Below, in pieces: positions 19,193-30,103 of a stretch of 38,509 nt of DNA. The translations under genes were made by a program, and so were the position numbers. Source of the stretch: Thraustochytrium aureum (taxonomy: Eukaryota); assembly GCA_012862495.1 (NCBI GenBank), contig BLSG01000091.1, forward strand, positions 218,324-256,832. The letters run 5' to 3'. The notes beneath the pieces are model-generated. The model was not told the origin of the DNA. It saw only the letters and a list, made by a program, of their open reading frames with translations, and did no database searches. Each line of letters starts with the position of its first letter. Position 1 is the stretch's first letter.

Positions 19193-22100
19193 CTATCCTT
19201 TGGCAAGCACTGGGATAGAACTCGAGTTGCTCGCGTGCGGGGCGGCCTCGACGTCGGGCGGCTTCACGTCCGCCCCCTCACCAGCATCCGCGCTATGTGC
19301 GACTAAATACCGGCTGTCGAGCTTGGACACGTCGGGGCAAAGCACAATGACGCCTGCGCAATCTTCCACACGAACGACCGCACGCCGCACAATCAAATCC
19401 TCCAGCAAGTCAAAAATGTCGATCGGGTCGAGAACCGGGTACATAACCTCTGCGAGGCCCGGCAATGAGCACCCTGGGTGGTCCAGGATAAAAAACAAGA
19501 GCGCCTGCTCCAGCTGCTCCCGAAGTTTGAGGTCTTCCACCCCGTCTATGGACGACCAGCGCCGGGGGACCACGACTTCACCACTTTCTGTGTGCACGAC
19601 CCATGGATCCGCGTTGTCNNNNNNNNNNNNNNNNNNNNNNNNNNNNNNNNNNNNNNNNNNNNNNNNNNNNNNNNNNNNNNNNNNNNNNNNNNNNNNNNNN
19701 NNNNNNNNNNNNNNNNNNNNNNNNNNNNNNNNNNNNNNNNNNNNNNNNNNNNNNNNNNNNNNNNNNNNNNNNNNNNNNNNNNNNNNNNNNNNNNNNNNNN
19801 NNNNNNNNNNNNNNNNNNNNNNNNNNNNNNNNNNNNNNNNNNNNNNNNNNNNNNNNNNNNNNNNNNNNNNGTGTCGCCTTGCGCGTCGCCTTGCGTGCCT
19901 CCTTGCGTGTCACCTTGCGCTGACGGCGGATCCTCCATCGGGCCATTTGGCTCACCGTTGTCCTGCTCGTGCGCCGACGCAACGGCTTGCTCAGCAGCAA
20001 GCGGTTTGGTGCAGTTCCGTGCGCAGGTTGCCCTTGCGACGCTACCGAGAGCTTCCAAGAGCATCAGCGCCTGATCGCGGCCAGGCAAAGTGGAGCTGCG
20101 CCGCCCAACGTCTGGAGCCTCGTCCGAGAGGTGCAGCGAGACAAGGTACTTTGCCTCGTACTTGGACAAATCTGAAAGGGGCACGCGTGGCGCCTTGCGG
20201 GCGGGTCGGCCCTCTTCTGGCGAATCGCGCTGAGGTCGTCCGGCTGATAGTCGACAAGTAGGTGCGCCACGCCCGAGCCCACCGCGGGAAGCAGTTTGAA
20301 CAAGTCCTTGCCAGACACTGGTAGCCGAACTTGAAGCGTCGGAGCATCCCCGGAAGCTGCGCCAGACCCGATCCCCGACTCGGCGAGCTCGCCGGCCTTG
20401 TGCGCGAACGAGTCGAGCGCAATGCGGCTTGGGCTCTGCATCGCCTTGCAAATACGGGATTCCAGGTAACTCCGCAGAGGCGCGGTGGCGAATCGCGCCA
20501 GCACGGCGGCCAGGGCGTGGCCACGGCTCTTCGCGCCCTGCTCCGCGCCATTCTCTTTGATCTCCTCGACCGCCGCAAGAGCAGGGCCCAGGGACCGCGA
20601 GGAGACGCAGGCGGCCTCTTCGAGCTCCAAAAACACATCCTGGACGTTGGCGCTGCTCGCATCCCGCAAGGACGCGTCGAGCGGGCCTAGCTCTTCGATA
20701 GAAGCATTGGTGCCACGACGCTCGCCGCGCGAAAGGCAAACCAAAGCGTTCAAGCACTGATTGCGCAGCGCCCAAGCTAGCGGAGTTCGACGCCCAGACA
20801 CGCGAACCAGCCGCGCAAATCCGCGACGCCTTCTCTGTGCCTGGCGCTGCGCTGTCGTAGTTCCCCCAGCGGAAGCCACGGGCGGGCCGACCCGAGGCGC
20901 AGACACCGATACACCGCTTTTGTCGCCGCTGCCGCCTGCCACGGCGCCACTAGTTCCGAGACCGAGTCCACGGAGCACGCCAGCATTGCGCAATTTGCAG
21001 GTGCGCTGTAGTAGCTGGAGCGCGTCCGAAACCTTGGATAGACGGGCGGTGTTTGGTCTGTCGTTGCAAAGCGCTTGAAAGTAGGCTGTCACGAGAGCCT
21101 TGGCTTCATTCGGGTCCGAAACCTGCAAGCTCTGCGCCGCCACCTTGGCTCGCTGCGCCCGCTCCCTCTTGACGTGCACAAGTGGTCCGCTTGCACCAGC
21201 ACCGCGCCGTCCGCGGGCGTCGCTTGCTTTGCCACGACCAGCATCGGTGGTCCTTCTCCGCTTCCCACCCGCACCATTTGCACTCGCTGTCGAGCTAGCG
21301 CGCCGCTTGCCGGACGACTTGGACTTGTTCGTCGCGTTTGCGACTTGCAGGCCCGCTACGAGGCCTTGCGAGCGCGCTCGGGCCCGAGAACCGGTCTTCA
21401 ATTTAGAATCGGCAGGCCCGCCGTAGGAGCCTGCGCGGATCGCCCACACGCGTGGGGCGTACCAGGCAGTCGGCCTGGGGTTTTTGCTGAACAGGGTCCG
21501 CGTTACGCCTTTCAGCTTCTCATAAAACGATACGATATCGTCCCGCGTCCGCAGCGGCGCGCTAACTGGTATTCCGCCCACTTCAGCAAGCTGCGTCGCT
21601 AGCTCGCTAACGACCGCAATGTTGGCGCCTTTCTGGCCCGCAGAAGGCGCGTCGAACCGGTATCTGATGACACCCATCTCACGGAGCAGGTTGATCAGCT
21701 TTCGCGGTTCATTTGCGCGGTCGAGAGCGCCTGCTTGGTCAATGTCGGCCACGCGCTTGCCCTCCTTGGCGCCCCACGCGATGCGGATGCTCATATTCTC
21801 GTCCCACTCGGGAAAGACGCCTCGGCTGTTGCGGAACAGGCGTACGAACACAATGAGGGGCATCTCCCGCAAGACCCGGCGAAAGTCTACAGCGAGCAAG
21901 TCCCCCTCTTCTGCCTTCGAGGCCCCGAGCACGTCAGCTAGGTACGAGTGGTAGGCTTGGGCCCGCCGCATCGGCTTGACGAGGAATGCGCCTTTGATTG
22001 CGGCCTTGGGTCCCATCATCAACAAGTTGCGGACGAACCCTTCCTTGGCCAGCTCGGGGTTGACGACGATGTTGTGCTTTGCAAGATCGGCCGCACCACT

Positions 22101-24443
22101 CGCTTCGTTCGCATCGGCAGGCGGAACCGCGCCTGCAAGTGGATCGAAGGCGTCTCCGGCAGCCTCCACCTTGGCAACGGCCGTGCTCGCCGTGATTTCC
22201 GCACTGCTTGGCGGCGCCGGTGGCAGGTCAAAGACACCCCCATCGCGGTGGTCTGAGGCAGCCAGACCCAACACAGTTGCTCCAGGCGGCGGAGCCTGCG
22301 ACGCATCAGCAGCGCGGGCTAGCAGCGCCTCGCCCTCAGCCTCGCGGGCCTTGATGCGGTCGCGGTCACGCCTCCGCTTGCTCTCCATCGCCTGCTCAAT
22401 CGGGGACTTGTCAGCTCGGCGGCAAGACGGAGACCGCGGAGGCCTCGGAACGGGCGCTTCTACAGACACCGTCCCAGCGTAGAGGTTGTCCAAGAACACC
22501 TGGTTTGGGATGCGAACGATGTCNNNNNNNNNNNNNNNNNNNNNNNNNNNNNNNNNNNNNNNNNNNNNNNNNNNNNNNNNNNNNNNNNNNNNNNNNNNNN
22601 NNNNNNNNNNNNNNNNNNNNNNNNNNNNNNNNNNNNNNNNNNNNNNNNNNNNNNNNNNNNNNNNNNNNNNNNNNNNNNTGTCCCTTGCCACGACCACTTG
22701 GTAGACCTGCTCGTCCGAGAGCCCGCGTGAGGGGCGGACTGCTGCAGCCAAGTTGAACTCGGAGGTTGGGTCAGCGATCACAAGGAAGCGAATGTCCTCC
22801 TCAGCGCTCTGCATTGCGGCGACGAGACGCCGCACGCTCTTTGAATCGACGACACCATCGTACCCAATCTTCGCCTCGGCCTCCTTGATTCGAGCGGCAA
22901 TGTCTGACACGCGCGCCGCGCCTCCACGCTCGTCCAAAACGTCCATGATGGTCTTGCGCCGCAGGTCGCGACGGTCCGCTGTGAGGGCCGGACCTGCAGG
23001 GGCATTCGGCGCGTGAGAGTCGGCTGCGTCCGTGCCTGCCTCTGCCGCAAGCCTCTGCACTCGCGAGGTCGTGTCTTGGTGCGCACGAGACGCGCGGTAA
23101 GCGTCGAGGGCTCGCTCGGTTGCCACAGCCATGTATTGCTGGTTGTACTTTGAAGTCGAGTCCTTTTCGATGCATACCCCCATGACGGTAGGGCCAGTCT
23201 TGTCGCGCAGCTGGTGGATAACGCGCGAGAGGGACTTGTGGTCGGTCTGCAGTGCAGTGGACATATCAGAGAGCACAATGCCCCCAGACCCGCAAGAGAG
23301 GACAAGGTGTCTCAGGTTCTCCACGTACGTCAGCTCGAGAAGCGAGCCCGGCTCGCGTTGGCCCATCGTTCGCGCGAGACGCTGCTCGACCAAGGCCACT
23401 TCCGCCGCGCGCTTCGCCGCCTCGGGGTCGTCTGCCAAAAGGTCCCTTCGCCGCACAAGGCACCATGCGACACTGTACGGGCGTTCTTTTGGGCGGCCTG
23501 AAGGGGCGCCTTCGCAAACTTCGTCCTGGCGCTCGAAGCGATTGAGTCGAGGGATGAGGAACTGCTCGACGACGAGGCGCGACTCTCGAGCGGCGTAGCG
23601 CTGCGTGACGCGGTTTCGCAAGTTCAGCGGCCGGGGCAGCTTTTTCTCCAGCTCCGGCCGTCTTGTGAGCACGAGGTTGGAGACGTCGCCCCACGCCATG
23701 AGCGACTTGCCGAGGCGCTCGTAGTACTCCTCCCATCAGCGCCTCGGCCTCGTCTACGAAGGCTTCGGCGACTTGCTCGGCAGGGGCGTCCGCCGGCAAC
23801 GGCATGCCCGCCTCGGTCTGTCTCCTCAAAGTGCGCGAAGGCCTTGGGCCGGTGGGCGGCAGGAAGCGGGAGAGGCGCACTCGATTCATACTGCCTTCCA
23901 TTGACTTGAACACCAGTCCCAGTTCGACGAGCACGTCAACAACATAGTTGGCGTTCGTTGTCATCTTTTTCTTCTTGGCTGAGCCCGCTTCCGCGGTAGC
24001 CAGCTGCTCCAGATGCCCTTTGAGCTCCTTCATAGCCACTCCCCGCTCAACGGCGGCACCGACCTGTTCGAGCAAGAGCAGGGCGTCCTCTGACGGCACG
24101 AAGGCGTCCAAGGAGAGGCCCAAGCTCCGCCGCCGAATTTTTTCGCTGGCCACCAGCCGCAGCTGGCGCAGGCCGTCGGCTTCCTCAAGGCTTAGCGCAG
24201 AGGCTGCCTGTTGTGACATGGGCGCACTTCCGTTCCAAAATTGGACATCCGGGACCTCTTGAGCGAGTGCGCGCCAGATGCGGGCCTTCCAGCCCTCGGT
24301 TCCGGACCATGCCGAGAAATCGCCGTCGCCGCTTACCGCGGCCCAGAGCTCGTTAAAGAGATGCCCCGTGTCCCCCCGAGCCCAACTCTGTCGACGACAA
24401 AGCTCAAGAGCCTCGAAAATCCAGTTGCCCGTCCTGCCAGCAT
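19193..24443 (-). CDS. GTF3C1: General transcription factor IIIC large (B-block-binding) subunit, Tfc3/GTF3C1-like; apparent frameshifts near 24355, 23733 and 20228, two N-gaps
   Basis: N-terminus LLSFVVDRVGLGGTRGISL^NELW fits the Tfc3 first winged helix. B-block-type domain LLLLEQVGAAVERGVAMKEL..NYVVDVLVELGLV..NRVRLSRF; further winged helices (LVLSCGSGGIVLSDM, VDSKSVRRLV); C-terminal PW..RWSSIDG..LLFFILDHPGCSL..YPVLDPIDIFDLLEDL. Confidence 0.8.
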
Positions 24444-25367
24444 GTTGCGGTAAGCCAGTGGCGCGCAGGGCCCCTGTTCTCGACGCACCCTTCCCAGGCC
24501 GCCGCTCGGCGCCGCGTCGCGCGCGGCCGCGAGCGTCTGTCTGGTCGCGCGCAAGCGCGAGTGTCTGCTGGGTCGTTCCCCGGCGCTCGGCGGAGGCCGG
24601 GGCCCGGCCCCGCCCTGGCTGTTGCGCCCCACGCTCGCCTTGTCCCGGTCCGATCGGGCGNNNNNNNNNNNNNNNNNNNNNNNNNNNNNNNNNNNNNNNN
24701 NNNNNNNNNNNNNNNNNNNNNNNNNNNNNNNNNNNNNNNNNNNNNNNNNNNNNNNNNNNNNNNNNNNNNNNNNNNNNNNNNNNNNNNNNNNNNNNNNNNN
24801 NNNNNNNNNNNNNNNNNNNNNNNNNNNNNNNNNNNNNNNNNNNNNNNNNNNNNNNNNNNNNNNNNNNNNNNNNNNNNNNNNNNNNNNNNNNNNNNNNNNN
24901 NNNNNNNNNNNNNNNNNNNNNNNNNNNNNNNNNNNNNNNNNNNNNNNNNNNNNNNNNNNNNNNNNNNNNNNNNNNNNNNNNNNNNNNNNNNNNNNNNNNT
25001 TCGGCTGCTGCGCGCCAGGGCGCTGCGTTCGGCCCGGGACGCTCTGCTCGTGGGCGCTGCTGCTGCCCGGCGGCCGGGGGAGAGGGGGAGAGGAGGGCGC
25101 TGCGGGCCGGGCATGGTGCTGGTTGCTCGTCGCGAACTCGACCTGTTGCTGCTCCTCGACGACCGACTGCCCGCCCGCTCGCTCGACGGCTGCCCGATCG
25201 CAGGTCCGCGACGGCTGCTCGACTTTGGGTGCGCGGCGCGGCTCCGGCGGCGCGGGCTGGGCCGGGCTGGGCGGCAGAGGAGCTAGAGCTGCTCGCCTGG
25301 TGGAAACAATAACGCGCCCTCGAGCCACGCGGCCCCAGCGCCAACGCCGCGAGCGCCGGCGAACGAC

Positions 25368-26519
25368 ATGCTGACGCTTAGAGAGACGGTCGGGACTGAC
25401 TGGGCCGCCGTCGCGCACCCGCAGGCCAAGCAGAAGCGGCGCCACAGACTGCGCGTCGCGTTCTTGTTCGCCGCCGTGGCGACGTATGTCGGGTGCCTGT
25501 GCGTGGTGGTGGCGCATCGGCGCGGAGTCGCGGCGTTCGGGAAAGCGAGCGAAGTCGACGAAGGCCACGGCAGCGCCCCCGGCGGTAATGAGCCTGTGTT
25601 CAACGTGAGCCTGGGCGGAAACGGGGCCTCGAGTGGTGTTGGCAAATCGTGCGTGTTTGAACTCCCCGATCTCGGTTTCGACTGGGTCCCGCATTTCAAA
25701 GCGCCGGAGATCACAGAGTTTTGGGTGCTGCTTGGGATAATGATCACTGTGCTTCGGTTTCTGTTCAGCGCGATGGGGCACACAGTGCTGCGACGGTGGC
25801 TCCTAGTCGCCGGCATGCTTTCCATCGTGCGGGGCCTGTCGCGCATGTTGACGGTGAGACCGGTTCCTGGTAGCCGGTGCCCCTTCGAGGATGACCTTTC
25901 GATGAGTGCGCCGTGGGTGGCGCTTCTCGTATTTGCGCGGCAGGCCTCGACCTGCGCCGACGTGTTGTTCTCGTTTCACGTGGTTAACCTGACGCTGTGC
26001 GCGATGGTGTGGCTGTACTACGCCCACACGACCAACCTCGGAGTGCACCCCAGCACCGCGCGGAGGGCGGTTCTCGCATATTTGGCTGTAGGATACTGGC
26101 TGATCGTGGCGACGCGGGCGCACTACACGGCCGACCTGTTCTTGTGGGCCGTGCTGACCTCGCTCTCGTGGGCGGCCTACCACCAGTGGGCCATCCTGGT
26201 GCGCTTGGACCACTTGCAGCTTCTGGGAGGGCCGAGGTTTGTCGGCCTTCACCCACTGGTCATGCTGACGCGGTACCTAGAAGACGGGGCGGAGGACCTC
26301 GACTTTGCCGTGCGCCGCGAGGACGAGCACGCTCGGGACGACTCGGTGCACAGGGCCGTCGCGCGAGCAGACTCCTTCGAGGATGACCCCGAGTTTGACC
26401 GCGCCTTTGAAACCAGCGAAGAGACGCGCGTTGTCTTTGAGAAACGGCAGCGCAGCGCGCGCCTGGGCGGGCCCAAATCGCCCAACACGGGTTACGAGTC
26501 TTTCACGCCCCTGGACTAG
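25368..26519 (+). CDS. Sphingomyelin/inositol-phosphoceramide synthase-like phosphotransferase (PAP2_C / SMS family)
   Basis: Multi-TM 383-aa ORF with SMS motifs D1 LPDLGF, D2 LRRW..R..LTVRP, D3 CADVLFSFH and D4 RAHYTADL. The His/His/Asp catalytic triad is present. Confidence 0.85.
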   Translation: MLTLRETVGTDWAAVAHPQAKQKRRHRLRVAFLFAAVATYVGCLCVVVAHRRGVAAFGKASEVDEGHGSAPGGNEPVFNVSLGGNGASSGVGKSCVFELPDLGFDWVPHFKAPEITEFWVLLGIMITVLRFLFSAMGHTVLRRWLLVAGMLSIVRGLSRMLTVRPVPGSRCPFEDDLSMSAPWVALLVFARQASTCADVLFSFHVVNLTLCAMVWLYYAHTTNLGVHPSTARRAVLAYLAVGYWLIVATRAHYTADLFLWAVLTSLSWAAYHQWAILVRLDHLQLLGGPRFVGLHPLVMLTRYLEDGAEDLDFAVRREDEHARDDSVHRAVARADSFEDDPEFDRAFETSEETRVVFEKRQRSARLGGPKSPNTGYESFTPLD

Positions 26520-26742
26520 TCGATCCGCCAGCCCATGTCGTTGATGATCCATGTAGTTGATCGGTGACAACAAGGCCGCCTCCTTTGGCGTACCGAATCA
26601 GGACATCCCTGCGTGTGCAGAAGCCGTGTGCTGAAAGGCCACCAGACCGGGCCCGACGGGACCGGGATCACAACCGAAAGCACGAAGGTCGCGATGAGCC
26701 TGGCAAATGGTGGCCTTTCGGCGCTAGGGGTGCACTCGCTCC

Positions 26743-27002
26743 AAGTGAGCGTTGCTGACGTGGAGAGGGAGAGGGAGTGTGAAGAGCAGCATCACGGTTA
26801 AAGAGAATGACTTGTGACAGCTTCTCTCCAGGGCCTCACAAGGCGTCGCAACGACCAAACTCAAGTCCCAGCGGCAGCAATACCCGGCCGAACGAATGGC
26901 GCTCCCCAGCCCGTTNNNNNNNNNNNNNNNNNNNNNNNNNNNNNNNNNNNNNNNNNNNNNNNNNNNNNNNNNNNNNCTTTCGTTGATGCTGTTGCATGGC
27001 GC
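26743..27002. repeat. Unclassified dispersed repeat, copy B (internal N-gap 26916-26976)
   Basis: Diverged direct copy of 14789-15211, 11,954 bp downstream, with the gap at the equivalent position. Confidence 0.88.
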
Positions 27003-27262
27003 TGCTGACATCCCGCAAGGACGCGTCGAGCTGGCCCAGCTCTTCGACTAAAACATTGTTGCCACGACGCTCTCCGCGCGAAAGGCAAACCACGAAATTC
27101 TGATCGTGCAGCGCCAAGGGAAGCGGAGTTCGACGCCCAGACGCACAACCAGCCGCACAAATCCGCACTAGGGCCGAGCCTACGGAGCTCGCGAGCACTG
27201 CGCGATTCGCAAGGTGCGCTGTAGGAGCTAGAGCGCGTATGAAACCGTAAAAGGACGGGCGG
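26997..27262 (-). pseudogene. Decayed fragment of the GTF3C1-like gene (homologous to 20648-20824 and 20949-21048)
   Basis: Shares catcccgcaaggacgcgtcgagc, ccgcgcgaaaggcaaacca, agcggagttcgacgcccagac and aggtgcgctgtag with the gene. Translation VCLSRGERRGNNVLVEELGQLDASLRDVSSA versus VCLSRGERRGTNASIEELGPLDASLRDASSA. Confidence 0.88.
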
Positions 27263-27372
27263 GTATGGCGCCGGATGCGGCACGCGTGTTGCGCAAGGGG
27301 AAAGGCAAGCACAAAAATACAACACAATTGAACGTCCCAGCAGCTAGCATGAGCTAACGGGCCACTCGCTGC

Positions 27373-28419
27373 TCAGTTGTCGGCACGCCCGGCCGTGGCA
27401 CCCGACCCGCTCTTCGCAGTGGCAGCTACATTCACGATGAGCTTGCCGCGCGTGTGCTTTGTGGCGAGCTTCTGCATCATCTTCCGGATACCCCGCGCGT
27501 TGAAGTCAAAGGGCGAGTCCGGGTCAAGAACCGGTTTAAGGAACCCCTGCTGCACCATCTTGGCGATGTAGGCCAAGTGCCGGTTGTTGGAGAGGTCGAT
27601 CGAGTCGACAAACTTGTACCGCCCGCCGCTCCTAAAAGCTCGCATCTTGGTGCCAAACTTGTAATTGAAGTACTCTGCCGGCCCGTCCGGGTTGTCCGGT
27701 ACAAGCGAGATGAAGCGTCCGCCGTCAGGATTGAGAACTTTCTCGCAGTGCGCCCAGGCGCTGTACCCGACGCCGAAATCGAGGATGACGTCGATGTTCT
27801 CCCCTTTGAGCTGCTCAAACCACTGGCACTTGGAGTAGTCTAGCACTGTGTCGGCCCCCAGGCCCTCGAGCATCTCGACATGCTTCGATGCGGTCGCGTA
27901 GACCTTGGCCTTTTTGTATTTCGCCATCTGCACGGCGAGGCTGCCAACGCCTCCGGAGCCGTTCAGGATCAAGATTTTCTCTCCCTCCTTGAGCTTGCCG
28001 TGCAGATACAAGCATTGGAAGGCAAGTACGCCAGAGTAGGGGAAGGCCGCTGCGTGGAGGTGGCTGATGAGCTTTGGCTTGCGGACCCACTGCGACTCTG
28101 GCGCCTTGACGAACTCGGCCATCGAGCCGGTGCTGACGATTCCGATCACCTCCTCGTCGACGTGGAACTTGCGGCACCGGTCCCCGACGGCAACGACTAC
28201 GCCGCTCACGTCGCCTCCGAGTACGGCGGGGAACTGGTTTGGCTGAACGCTCTTAAAGTCCCCGAGCACGACCTTGAGGTCCTTGTGCGTTAGCGAGGCG
28301 GCCATGACCCTGACAAGCACCTCGTCGCTGTCCTTCTCGATAAACGCGCGTGGAAAGTGCTCCTCGATGTCGAGGGCCTCCTCCGGCGGGCCGTGCTTCT
28401 CGTACACCACAGCCTTCAT
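27373..28419 (-). CDS. Zinc-independent MDR-family NADPH oxidoreductase (quinone reductase / RTN4IP1-like)
   Basis: Starts MKAVVYEKHGPPE (ATG at 28419). Contains EVLVRVMAAS, PAVLGGDVSGVV, the Rossmann motif ILILNGSGGVGSLAVQMAK, LGADTVLDY and C-terminal HTRGKLIV. No Zn-binding GHE motif. Confidence 0.9.
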   Translation of the reverse strand: MKAVVYEKHGPPEEALDIEEHFPRAFIEKDSDEVLVRVMAASLTHKDLKVVLGDFKSVQPNQFPAVLGGDVSGVVVAVGDRCRKFHVDEEVIGIVSTGSMAEFVKAPESQWVRKPKLISHLHAAAFPYSGVLAFQCLYLHGKLKEGEKILILNGSGGVGSLAVQMAKYKKAKVYATASKHVEMLEGLGADTVLDYSKCQWFEQLKGENIDVILDFGVGYSAWAHCEKVLNPDGGRFISLVPDNPDGPAEYFNYKFGTKMRAFRSGGRYKFVDSIDLSNNRHLAYIAKMVQQGFLKPVLDPDSPFDFNARGIRKMMQKLATKHTRGKLIVNVAATAKSGSGATAGRADN

Positions 28420-28540
28420 CGTGGAGCTGCCCAGCCGAGGCCTGCCAGAGCCCGCGAGGACGACCAGTGCCCGGGCGCCAGACCGCGTTCGCGGGGCTCG
28501 AGCAGCAGTTCGCTCACGCGTCCGCGCGTCAGCAGTTCGC

Positions 28541-28608
28541 GCACGCGGTGTTGCCGATGCTTTCGGTGCTCTGCGCACGCGGTGTTGCCGATGCTTTCGG
28601 TGCTCTGC
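28541..28608. repeat. Perfect tandem repeat, 2 x 34 bp, upstream of the oxidoreductase
   Basis: gcacgcggtgttgccgatgctttcggtgctctgc occurs at 28541 and 28575. Confidence 0.9.
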
Positions 28609-29302
28609 GCGCGCGGCGCCGACAGTCTCTGCTCAGACGCCGCCTGCGACGCTTTCTCACGTGTGAAGCGCGCACACGTCTCTGGTACAGAGCGCGATTA
28701 CGTCACGCGCCGCATTCGCTCACGCTGCTACCCGGCCCCGACCGCCCTCGGAGTGACGCCATCACAGCCCTCTATATGTTTTTATCTACAACAAGAAAGG
28801 TTTAGGGACGTTAATTGCGGGGTACAGACCCGGCGTGCAGCGCGGTGATCGATGCTGCGCAGGCCGGCGGCCGGCCTGCCGTGCGATTCCGCGCTCGAGC
28901 GCGCCAGTCGCGAGGTTACAGAGAAGCGCTGTCTTGTCGAACCGTCCGCCAATCGTAGCGTCGCGGCGCAGGTGGCACGCTCCCGCGTGGCCCTCAAGCG
29001 AGCGAACGAGCTCGCCAGTGGCTGGCCAGCACCCGCCAAGCAAGCCAGACCAGCGGCCGGCCTCCGATCCCATTCGCCTGCAGCGACCGGTGGGCTCGCA
29101 AGCAGGCATTCGGCTCGACGGCGCTGCCGCGCGAAAGGCATGGCGAGATCAGTCGAATAGGCCACGGCTCCCGGCGGACGCTCCGCTGGCGTTCAAGCAG
29201 CAGTCGCGCGGCTGAGCTGCTGAGCTGCTGCTGCTGCTGCTGCTGCAAGCGAAGGCGATACTCACGAGCCCGGCGGCGCCGAGCCCGGCGACGACGAGCC
29301 AC

Positions 29303-29450
29303 TCATCGCCGCCGCGCAACAAGCTCTTGACGGCCAGCCTGATGACGAGCGCGGCTCTGCACGCCGTCGGGCACCAGGACGGCCCGGCTGTCGACGAGCA
29401 TGTCTCGGCAGTCATCGCCGCCGCGCAACAAGCTCTTGACGGCCAGCCTG
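29303..29450. repeat. Exact ~39-bp direct repeat pair
   Basis: tcatcgccgccgcgcaacaagctcttgacggccagcctg occurs at 29303 and 29412. Confidence 0.85.
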
Positions 29451-30103
29451 GAGTACCTACGTACCGGGCAGGCACGATCTGCCCCGCCCTCATCCTCAAC
29501 GAGCACCATTTGACCGCCGCTGGGTACTGCGAGCGCGTAATACTCGAAGAGTTTCACACTGGAGTGACTGTACCCTTCCAATTAGGCCCACCTTGCTTGG
29601 CACCTTGAACAATCTCCAACCATCCGCGCGCTGTTCCCCTCTCATCAGAGCGTGCAACACTTGACAAAAGCTCATAAACTAATAAGAGGGGGCTCGCACG
29701 ATCACTCCGAATCACCGCTTTCAAGAGTCGAACCGAACCGGTTTCCCCTCTCAGCGCACACAGAGCGCGAAAAAGCGTTCCGCAGACGAGCTAGGAGGGA
29801 ATGCGGTTTCCTCGAGCAAAGTCTCGCTCCCTCTGAAAAACTCCCTCTGCACGTAGCGCGGCTTCCCTGCCGCGGGCCCGCTTTCCCAGAGGCAACAAGG
29901 GAACGCTGCGTGAAAACGCGTTGCCGCCCTCACAACAACGGGTAACTGCTGCGCGCAAAAACGCGACAAAACGCGACCGAAACGCGACAGAACGCGATGT
30001 GCCTCACAACGCGCGCGTGAGGGCGAAGTGACCGAGCGGGAAAGGAAGGGGAGCAGCAGAGGCGCGAGCAGACAGTGCATGTTGAAGGCAGGCAGACACC
30101 CAA

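Noticed and set aside
1575..24360. Recurrent frameshifts in NPHP4, Kelch-VWA and GTF3C1 as programmed frameshifting, RNA editing or pseudogenisation
   Set aside because: They go in both directions (+1 near 4578, 5318, 23733; -1 near 1581, 1660, 11596, 20228, 24355), are fixed by changing the length of a short G or A run by one, share no slippery motif, and the domains are otherwise intact. Sequencing indel error is the simplest explanation; raw reads would settle it.
14789..27002. Repeat pair as LTRs of a retrotransposon
   Set aside because: No TG..CA termini, PBS or PPT, and no gag/pol between them; the interval holds ordinary host genes.
28799..28807. GGTTTAGGG telomere-like motif
   Set aside because: Single copy, expected by chance.
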